NCBI GenBank assembly: GCA_000743035.1
Contig: CP008936.1
Span: 1,470,001-1,502,000, forward strand
Source of the DNA: Candidatus Paracaedimonas acanthamoebae
GTDB taxonomy: Bacteria > Pseudomonadota > Alphaproteobacteria > Caedimonadales > Caedimonadaceae
DNA length: 32,000 bases
Direction: 5' to 3'
Part shown: piece by piece, positions 9,494-16,000 of the stretch
How positions within the stretch are numbered: position 1 is the first letter of the stretch
Layout: every line of letters begins with the position of its first letter
Made by a program: the position numbers and the translations under genes
Notes under the pieces: model-generated
What the model saw: the letters and a program-made list of their open reading frames with translations, nothing else
Database searches by the model: none
Told to the model about the DNA's origin: nothing

Positions 9494-11815
9494 ATGCAGC
9501 TTACCCTATTTATTCTCTTAATATTTATCTCTCTTACATCCCAGGCAAGTTATGGCGCAGAGTTTGCATATCACGTACCAACAGAAAATGCCTTCTTTCA
9601 GGGACGCAAAGAAGAACTTAGTAAAGTGTCAAGTATTTTCAAGGCAGAAAATATTGTTGCTCTTGTAGGCCTGCCAGGGATTGGGAAGAGCGCACTCGCT
9701 CAAGAATTCTCATGGAAAAATAATGACAAGTATAACGTTATATTAAAGCTAGAGTGTTCCGGCGATATTCGTGCACAGCTTATTAATTTTGGGCGTTCCT
9801 GGAATCAGAGATGTGCACCCCCTCTTGAGAAAATCCCTGATAATTACCTTACATTGGATATGTCACTTCAAATCCTAAAATCCTGGATTCCAGAGAGTTC
9901 AGAGAAAATACTAATCCTTTTAGAAGATGGTGATAAATTTCAAGAGATTAAAAGTATATTGACGACATTTAAAGATAAGAAGGATAAGTTTATTTTGATG
10001 ACATCAAGAAGCCTAAATTTGGAGTGTAGAAAAGTGCACATCGAAAAGCTCAATCGGCAAGACTCAATTGGACTTTTAGAAAAGTTTATTGAGTGGCCTA
10101 AAGATAAGCTTGATAAAATTGCATTCTTACTTGGAGATTATCCATTAGCCTTAACACAAGCTGGTGTTCTTATTCGAGCATTCCCTTCGATGACGCCTGA
10201 TGAATACCAAAAGCTTTTTGAGAAGAAAAGAAGCTATCTTGAGAGTCTTCACCAAAAAGTCAACAAAGATACCGATGAAGAAAGCATTAATTATAAAGAA
10301 ACGGTTTTTGCCACCCTTGCTTTAACATTTGAAGACTTAAAGAAGAAAAATCTCAACGCTTATAATGCATTAACATTTCTAGCCTTCCTCCATCCAAACC
10401 ATATTAAAGAGGACACCATAAAAGAGTGTGCGGGTTTACTTGGCATCAATAAAGATCTCCTGCATGAGCTTATTTATGATCTTTTGAATTCACTTTATCT
10501 TACGGTTGACACAAAAAAAGGAAATAATGAGGTGAGCATTTATCAGATGCATCCCTTAATCCAAGTCGCTCTTAAAGAGAGCCTTCCAGAGGGTACAAAG
10601 GATGAAATCCAGACATCATGGGTTAAATATTTTTGCTCTCGCTTTTCAGGGGGCCCCCATGAACTCGAAAAGTTTGTGTCGGATCGGAGTGATTCCTATG
10701 AGCATATGAAATGCCTTATTGAGAATATTAATACAAACCAAACTAACATTCAAAACTCTCTTGAACTTAAAATTGATTTAGCTCGTGTAGCTGTTTTCTC
10801 ACTTGCTGATTTTGAATTTGGTGATAAATGGGCTTATGAAGCAGAAGAAGCAATCAAAAAAGGCAAGAAGGTCAATAACTTTGCAAAAGGTAGATTATAT
10901 AATATCCTTGGCAATATCATCCTACTCTCTGATACTAACAAAGCTATCGATTTAACGCTTAAAGGTATTGCTCTTTTAGAAAAGGTCCCTCATAGAAATT
11001 CAAAAGCAGAGCAACTCTTTGCTCTCATTAATAATCTTCCAGATTATTATAGTATACAAGGAAATATTACCCACGCCCTAAAAGCTCTTAAAAAGGCAGA
11101 ACCTCTTTTAAACGACGTTAACAATCTTTCTTATAATTGCATTTTTTATTCTGTTTATGCAAACATGCTTATGTTTCAGGGTCAAAATGAACAAGCGCTC
11201 TCATTAATCAATCAATCACTTAAAAAAATTCAGGAAGGTAACTTACCTGAAGCCCCTTACCTTTTTGTAAAAATCAGTAAAGCAGAAATTTTATCAAGAT
11301 TAGGGAAGTTTGAGGATTCCTTGAAACTAGCAACTCTTTGCCATGATGAACTCATGAAAATTTGCAATACTGATTGTGACTATAAAGCGGTTCGCCTAAA
11401 AATTATAATAGCAGCCAACTACCTTTTGAAAAATGACCTAGGTAAAGGATTAAAGCATATTACTCAAGCTATTGAGAATTGTAATAAGCTTGTAAATGGA
11501 TCAGATAAAATTTTCCTTCAAGGATGGGCACATCTCGTTTTAGGGGAAATTTATGAGAAAAAGCAAAACCTATTGAAGGCGTGGAGAGAGTACAGAATTG
11601 CAGAGCGTATTTATGATAAAATTACTTCTGTTAAAGAATTTGATGATATCAGTCGTTTATATTCTAAACTGGCGATAATAAGTGCACAAAAAAGAAGAAT
11701 TGATTTAACTCGTAAATACTTACTTCTTCATATTGATCACTTTGGGTTGAACCACCCAAGAACAAAAGATATTATCCTATTCCTAGACAAAAATGAGCTG
11801 CGCGTTCCGTGGTAA
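9494..11815 (+). CDS. STAND NTPase: N-terminal hydrophobic anchor/signal, NB-ARC-type P-loop domain and C-terminal TPR-like repeats
   Basis: 773 aa. Walker A is GLPGIGKS (nt 9668-9691), Walker B-like is ILILLEDGD, followed by TSRS and a GxP-type GDYPLAL motif as in NB-ARC/APAF-type NTPases. The C-terminal roughly 350 aa are helical TPR-like repeats (for example GWAHLVLGEIYEKKQNLLKAWREYRIAERIY). The ATG lies 5 nt after the upstream stop. Confidence 0.75.
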   Translation: MQLTLFILLIFISLTSQASYGAEFAYHVPTENAFFQGRKEELSKVSSIFKAENIVALVGLPGIGKSALAQEFSWKNNDKYNVILKLECSGDIRAQLINFGRSWNQRCAPPLEKIPDNYLTLDMSLQILKSWIPESSEKILILLEDGDKFQEIKSILTTFKDKKDKFILMTSRSLNLECRKVHIEKLNRQDSIGLLEKFIEWPKDKLDKIAFLLGDYPLALTQAGVLIRAFPSMTPDEYQKLFEKKRSYLESLHQKVNKDTDEESINYKETVFATLALTFEDLKKKNLNAYNALTFLAFLHPNHIKEDTIKECAGLLGINKDLLHELIYDLLNSLYLTVDTKKGNNEVSIYQMHPLIQVALKESLPEGTKDEIQTSWVKYFCSRFSGGPHELEKFVSDRSDSYEHMKCLIENINTNQTNIQNSLELKIDLARVAVFSLADFEFGDKWAYEAEEAIKKGKKVNNFAKGRLYNILGNIILLSDTNKAIDLTLKGIALLEKVPHRNSKAEQLFALINNLPDYYSIQGNITHALKALKKAEPLLNDVNNLSYNCIFYSVYANMLMFQGQNEQALSLINQSLKKIQEGNLPEAPYLFVKISKAEILSRLGKFEDSLKLATLCHDELMKICNTDCDYKAVRLKIIIAANYLLKNDLGKGLKHITQAIENCNKLVNGSDKIFLQGWAHLVLGEIYEKKQNLLKAWREYRIAERIYDKITSVKEFDDISRLYSKLAIISAQKRRIDLTRKYLLLHIDHFGLNHPRTKDIILFLDKNELRVPW

Positions 11816-12295
11816 CTAGGAAGGAATACTATTGCTAATTAACCACTCTGCAAATGCCTTATCTGGCTTATTTGTTTGATTTTTCTCTGCAAAAGCATAA
11901 ACTTCATTGATGACATATGATGCTTGTTCAGTAGAAGCTATATAATTTTTTTCTTGATAAATATTAAACACAAGTTTTACAACTTGTTCATATAAAGCAA
12001 CATTTTTTATAAAAATTGTTTCTTTCCTGCTAGGGGCCGAGAGTCCCTGGGGCATTAAATTTACTTGCCCAAGTTCTTTTTCATCGAGAAACTCTAAAAT
12101 GGAACATCCCAACACGCTTGCAGCACGTTGTAGAATCTCTACACTTGGTTTTTGTGATTTTCCACGAAGAATGTTTCTTATTGCATGGCCTTTTAACCCA
12201 GCAACTCTTTCCAACTCCGTTACAGAGTAATTCTTCTCTTCTATTTTCTTCTTGAGCTTATTAACAAGTACCCCACTCATAATGTGCAATTCCAA
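11816..12295 (-). CDS. XRE-family helix-turn-helix transcriptional regulator with an uncharacterised C-terminal domain
   Basis: The N-terminus shows an HTH_3 pattern (YSVTELERVAGLKGHAIRNILRGKSQKPSVEILQRAASVLGCSILEFL). The true start may be the internal Met, MSGVLV at 12280. The stop codon directly abuts the stop of the convergent STAND gene. Confidence 0.75.
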   Translation of the reverse strand: MELHIMSGVLVNKLKKKIEEKNYSVTELERVAGLKGHAIRNILRGKSQKPSVEILQRAASVLGCSILEFLDEKELGQVNLMPQGLSAPSRKETIFIKNVALYEQVVKLVFNIYQEKNYIASTEQASYVINEVYAFAEKNQTNKPDKAFAEWLISNSIPS

Positions 12296-12341
12296 TATTA
12301 TCTAAAAACAAAAATAAACAACATAAAGCATCTTGACAACA

Positions 12342-12384
12342 GTACAATGTAAATTGTACAAGTACAATGTTTATATACAACATT
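12342..12384. promoter_or_regulatory. Operator-like repeats in the divergent XRE / 12494 intergenic region
   Basis: A perfect 7-4-7 palindrome, GTACAAT-GTAA-ATTGTAC, lies at 12342-12359. A third GTACAATGT half-site lies at 12362-12370. It overlaps a second inverted repeat, AATGTT-N7-AACATT, at 12366-12384. A TTGACA hexamer sits at 12333-12338. Confidence 0.4.
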
Positions 12385-12493
12385 CACGCATGCTTATGAA
12401 CTATGTATCCATTTTATAAGATACAGCCTTATAAGTGTGCAAGCTGATAAAATATAAATCAAAACAAAAAAGACGACTAGGGAAGGATGGGAG

Positions 12494-13156
12494 ATGTATA
12501 GCGTTTCTATATCAAAGGAATCAAGCAAGCCTCTTGTTGAGATTATGGGGAATACCTGCTTTTGTTTAGATAAGGATGTTCTTGACCATGCTTTAATTAA
12601 AGAATTAATAGATGGAACACTTAATGAAGGACTGTTTAAGCTTTTAGTCGAACAGCAAGCATGGCTAGGGTATGAAATCTCACAACAATTAATGGCCATA
12701 TCCAGGCTTAAGCATACAACCTATATAAAGCCCTTATTTCTAAAAATTGCAAACTACTCTCTTATTGAAGCTGATGATCTTAGCAGCCAATTAGGTAAAT
12801 TTAAGATCTCCTCGAATGAGCTTCTCCCCGTTTGCAAAGAATATATAAACTTTTTAAGCACATTAGAGGACAATTTTCTATTTCTCATAGCTATCCTACC
12901 TCGATTCTGGCTCAAAGCTCAATTACGCCAGAAGTTTAGAAAGCTAAACCTGTTTAAACATCCCTATAAGAGGTACATTAAATCTAGCTTTTACCATGAT
13001 ACAAGAGTCCTTATAACAAGAATCACTCATACTCTTGATACTCAGTTCGGCACTATTCCTAAAGAACAGAAATTAGCAATAAAGCAAGCTTTTTCAAAGG
13101 CTGCATCTTATGAGTATAGGCTCTTAAATGAGGTATATTATCTAGCCTCAATTTAA
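12494..13156 (+). CDS. Hypothetical protein, possible TenA/PqqC/haem-oxygenase-like all-helical fold
   Basis: 220 aa, the usual TenA length. LIKELIDGTLNEGLFKLLVEQQAWLGYEISQQL resembles the TenA N-terminal pattern (dGtL..e.F..Yl.QD..YL). ILPRFW sits where TenA has PC.W. AFSKAASYEYRLLNEV is at the C-terminus. A GGGAG RBS is present. The fold assignment comes from pattern memory only. Confidence 0.4.
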   Translation: MYSVSISKESSKPLVEIMGNTCFCLDKDVLDHALIKELIDGTLNEGLFKLLVEQQAWLGYEISQQLMAISRLKHTTYIKPLFLKIANYSLIEADDLSSQLGKFKISSNELLPVCKEYINFLSTLEDNFLFLIAILPRFWLKAQLRQKFRKLNLFKHPYKRYIKSSFYHDTRVLITRITHTLDTQFGTIPKEQKLAIKQAFSKAASYEYRLLNEVYYLASI

Positions 13157-13220
13157 TCCCATTTACTTAAGCCTCAGAAGAATAAGAAATAAATTTCTAA
13201 CAATTACTAGGGAGAAACAA

Positions 13221-14402
13221 ATGGAAGAAAATGAAAAAACAGATCAACAACACTTTTCTTTGGCAAGTTACTTTAAGAATAATCAAAGTATTTCCATTCA
13301 TGAAACTTCTTCATTTGAGCTATTCAAGTCGTTAATTGCTTTTCCTCATTCTGAGAGCACTGAAAGCTATATCAATGAGGCTAGAGTTGTTACCACTTCA
13401 AAGTTGATAGGCTCTTTAAAAGAGGATATTCGCCTAAAAATAAACCCTAGTATCACCCTTATTTACGAGCAAAGTTCACTAGAGGGTTCCCATCCTCCAA
13501 TCCAGGGATTTAGAAACTTCAGTTCTACAATAGAATTTGATGCTTCGGTCAGGTTGGTGCTATGCGAGATCATGCATTACTTAAATGGAGATTATACTGT
13601 CAAAGAGATTGCAAGCTTTTATGAGAATTCTGAAGCTAAAGTTATTTATGCATTACAACCTCTTTACGAAATAGGTTTTTTAGTTCTGTGTAGTCAAAGT
13701 CTTGTCCCTGCATCTTCTTTTCATGCTCATCTTATGAGTACCGAACGGGTGACAAAAGCTGAGAAAGTAATATCTATTGATACGAGTAATGAGGAAAGTC
13801 TTAAGGAAATATTGATCCAGAACCTATTTGCTCTCTATCACTTTACAGCTGCATTCCCTGACCATTTAAGTACAGCTATCTCTCAAACAACCAATGACAA
13901 TTTAAAAGAACAATTGTATAGCATACTCTCGGAGAGCTACTGGTATAGCAATATGCTTTTAAAAGGTTTTATAGAACTAGGTTATTCCAAAGAGCAACTC
14001 AAGAGAATAACCCCTAGCCCAGCCACTTTAGGCATCATTAATTACCTAAGATGGCTTGCAAAGACAGATTTGTTATCTTACGCCGCTTGCCTTGGAATAC
14101 TCGAATATCCAGAAGTTTCAGTTGATGTCATTAGTGACATCTCTGCTTACATACAGTCAGAATGGGAACAGATTGAAACTCTAAATTTGGTTTCAAAGAA
14201 AGCTTTAGAGCCTTTTAGAAAACAAAAGAAATTAGAATTTCTTAGCCAAAAATCTCAGGTTTCTAAGAGATTTTTTGAGGTTGAATCTTATTTAACGCCT
14301 GAGCGTCAGGAAGAAATCAAAAACCATACTCTTGTGTTTATTCAATGCTTGCAAGCAGAAGCGCATGAGGTATTAGGACATATAAATACTCTTGTGGCAT
14401 GA
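13221..14402 (+). CDS. Hypothetical protein: PqqD/RRE-like winged-helix region fused to a haem-oxygenase-like (iron-containing redox enzyme family-like) helical domain
   Basis: 393 aa with an AGGGAG RBS. Residues about 70-156 (nt 13428-13688) read IRLKINPSITLIY...STIEFDASVRLVLCEIMHYLNGDYTVKEIASFYENSEAKVIYALQPLYEIGFLV, which resembles the PqqD/RiPP-recognition-element pattern. Residues about 195-393 (LFALYHFTAAFPDHL...LSESYWYSNMLLKGFIELG...PSPATLGIINYLRWLAKTDLLSYAACLGILEYPE) resemble Haem_oxygenas_2-type proteins, but I could not locate canonical His/Glu metal ligands. The CDS itself is well supported. The function is speculative. Confidence 0.4.
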   Translation: MEENEKTDQQHFSLASYFKNNQSISIHETSSFELFKSLIAFPHSESTESYINEARVVTTSKLIGSLKEDIRLKINPSITLIYEQSSLEGSHPPIQGFRNFSSTIEFDASVRLVLCEIMHYLNGDYTVKEIASFYENSEAKVIYALQPLYEIGFLVLCSQSLVPASSFHAHLMSTERVTKAEKVISIDTSNEESLKEILIQNLFALYHFTAAFPDHLSTAISQTTNDNLKEQLYSILSESYWYSNMLLKGFIELGYSKEQLKRITPSPATLGIINYLRWLAKTDLLSYAACLGILEYPEVSVDVISDISAYIQSEWEQIETLNLVSKKALEPFRKQKKLEFLSQKSQVSKRFFEVESYLTPERQEEIKNHTLVFIQCLQAEAHEVLGHINTLVA

Positions 14403-14409
14403 ATTAAAG

Positions 14410-14436
14410 AAGCTGGGCGAAAGTCCAGCCTTTTTA
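14410..14436. terminator. Probable bidirectional intrinsic terminator between convergent genes
   Basis: GCTGG (14412-14416) and CCAGC (14425-14429) form a stem around an 8-nt GCGAAAGT loop. A T5 run follows on the + strand and T-rich sequence follows on the - strand. The site lies between the stop at 14402 and the convergent stop at 14477. The stem is short. Confidence 0.45.
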
Positions 14437-14476
14437 AATTGCATCTAAGCAAGGCTTGCTGCTGATTGAGCCTATG

Positions 14477-15118
14477 TTAGCGCCTAAATACCCAGTTAAT
14501 TCTAGCTGCACGCTTGATTTTCATACTCTTAATGATAGGAACTATTATTGTGGCTTGGTTAATAGCTCTTAGGTTGTAAAAGCCCGTTTTTGAAGTTGGC
14601 TCAATATAACGTAACATAATTGTTCCATTTTCCAATTCAACAATAAGCGGCTCATCTTCAATGAAAAGAATTTTATCCTCCGTTATAATTTTACCCCCAA
14701 TATGATCACCTGGCCTATAAAAAGGAAGCGCTGTATCATCATGCATGATAAGCACTAAGCAATCTTTATAAAATTCCTTAAAGGAAGATGTTGCTCGCCA
14801 AAATAATTCCTCCTCATCGCTGATTGCTATGCCCAAGGAATCAGTGCCTTGTATTAATCTTGAGGCTAAAGCTTTAGGCTTAGGTCCTTCTCCTGTCATA
14901 ATCCAGTGTGAACTTACTTTAATACCTTCTTTTCTAAATATATCCGCTAGATGTTTTGCAACTTCCTCTGAAAATGGTGATGTCCCATTCTCCCAGGCTG
15001 ATAGGGAATTAGTACTTAACTTATATTTACTCGCAAAGACAGTACGCGCAAGATTTGTAAGGTTTCTGACTTGCCTCAACCTCGCTGCTGCATTTTTATC
15101 TAGTTGCCTTGTGCTCAT
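14477..15118 (-). CDS. CI/LexA-like repressor (N-terminal HTH plus C-terminal S24-peptidase-like domain with a non-canonical catalytic dyad)
   Basis: 213 aa. The N-terminus has an HTH_3 pattern (LARTVFASKYKLSTNSLSAWENGTSPFSEEVAKHLADIF). The C-terminal domain aligns to S24: LIMHDDTALPFYRPGD against the v.GDSM.P.i..GD pattern, and ENGTIMLRYIE against dGe.tvKRL. The gene is divergent from the xis/rep/tra operon. Confidence 0.8.
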   Translation of the reverse strand: MSTRQLDKNAAARLRQVRNLTNLARTVFASKYKLSTNSLSAWENGTSPFSEEVAKHLADIFRKEGIKVSSHWIMTGEGPKPKALASRLIQGTDSLGIAISDEEELFWRATSSFKEFYKDCLVLIMHDDTALPFYRPGDHIGGKIITEDKILFIEDEPLIVELENGTIMLRYIEPTSKTGFYNLRAINQATIIVPIIKSMKIKRAARINWVFRR

Positions 15119-15206
15119 TTTGGTTCCTGATCCTATGCTATTTTAATTCTATCCTGATCATTCACCATCTATATAGACATATACCTATCTACCAATCAAC
15201 ATGAAA

Positions 15207-15273
15207 TTGCAAACTTACACATATTTTGCAAGTTTACATGTATGTTGACATTAATGCTTGCTATGTTTATTCT
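15207..15273 (+). promoter_or_regulatory. Operator-like direct repeats plus a sigma70-like promoter for the xis-rep-tra transcription unit
   Basis: TTGCAAACTTACA (15207-15219) and TTGCAAGTTTACA (15226-15238) lie 19 nt apart start to start. They are followed by a -35 TTGACA (15245-15250), a 17-nt spacer and a -10 TATTCT (15268-15273). An AGGAGA RBS and the ATG at 15306 follow. Confidence 0.45.
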
Positions 15274-15305
15274 GCTTAAAAACTACAATTAAGAGGAGAA
15301 AACCC

Positions 15306-15515
15306 ATGGATAATAGTTTTTTAACCCCTACAGCTTTAGCTCAACGATGGAATTTTGAGCCTAATACGCTAGGGCAATGGCGCTGGAATGGTCGAGGGCC
15401 TAAGTATCTTAAAATTGGGCGTAGAGTTTTATACCGCTTGTGTGATGTTGAAGAGTTTGAAAAGCGCAGCCTTCGGCAACACACCTCTCAGAACTTTAAT
15501 GATGAATCAAATTAG
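15306..15515 (+). CDS. AlpA/excisionase-family helix-turn-helix DNA-binding protein
   Basis: 69 aa starting from the RBS-preceded ATG at 15306. The track ORF start at 15258 lacks an RBS and overlaps the promoter. LTPTALAQRWNFEPNTLGQWRWNGRGPKYLKIGRRVLYRLCDVEEF matches the HTH_17/Xis/AlpA pattern. Confidence 0.75.
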   Translation: MDNSFLTPTALAQRWNFEPNTLGQWRWNGRGPKYLKIGRRVLYRLCDVEEFEKRSLRQHTSQNFNDESN

Positions 15516-15529
15516 ACGGGCACTTTCTT

Positions 15530-16000
15530 ATGCAAACAAGACTTCTTATTAATGAGGCGCCTTTACAAATATTCCCAACTTTAGCAAGAAAAATTGGCTT
15601 AAATGAAGCCATTGTGCTGCAACAAATGCATTATTGGCTCCATCTCAACGGGAATAAGCAGCATGGGGTTTATATCCCCTCTGAACAGTGGAAAAGACAG
15701 TTCCCCTTTTGGTCGATAGATACCATAAAGCATACTATTGTCTCCTTAAAAAGGCAGAATCTCATTATTGACATCAAGAGTAACCAAAATAAGCATCATC
15801 AACGCTTTAGATATACAATCAACTACAAGACATTAGAGAACATCAAAGCGTGTAACAATCGATTGGGTCAAAATGACACGATCGATCGTAACAAAATGAC
15901 ACGATCGATTGTAGCAATATGCCCAGAGCATTTTTACACAATTGAAGATAACAGATGCCCTTCAGCGGATAGCCATGAGGAATCCTTTTATGAGTCTTAA
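15530..16000 (+). CDS. Short paralogue of the downstream initiator-like protein (winged-helix N-domain only)
   Basis: 156 aa. LLINEAPLQIFPTLARKIGLNEAIVLQQMHYWL...QFPFWSIDTIKHTIVSLKRQNLI...CNNRLGQNDTIDRNKMTRS is paralogous to residues about 35-165 of the next ORF. It may be a functional small paralogue or a duplication remnant. Confidence 0.5.
   Translation: MQTRLLINEAPLQIFPTLARKIGLNEAIVLQQMHYWLHLNGNKQHGVYIPSEQWKRQFPFWSIDTIKHTIVSLKRQNLIIDIKSNQNKHHQRFRYTINYKTLENIKACNNRLGQNDTIDRNKMTRSIVAICPEHFYTIEDNRCPSADSHEESFYES
15851..15909 (+). repeat. Iteron cluster 1 (two 17-nt AAAATGACACGATCGAT units, 23-bp period) inside the short initiator paralogue
   Basis: Units lie at 15870-15886 and 15893-15909. 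Positions 15851-15887 (TGTAACAATCGATTGGGTCAAAATGACACGATCGATC) are 37/37 identical to 16368-16404. Confidence 0.8.

Noticed and set aside
12394-12699. 101-aa minus-strand ORF overlapping the XRE / 12494 intergenic region and the 5' end of the TenA-like gene.
   Set aside because: It overlaps the operator and promoter region and the better-supported + strand gene, which has an RBS. It is Cys/Ser-rich and shows no signal of selection that I can see.
14829-15146. 105-aa + strand ORF antisense to the CI-like repressor gene.
   Set aside because: It lies within the repressor gene, whose HTH and S24-like motifs are clear. No RBS is present.
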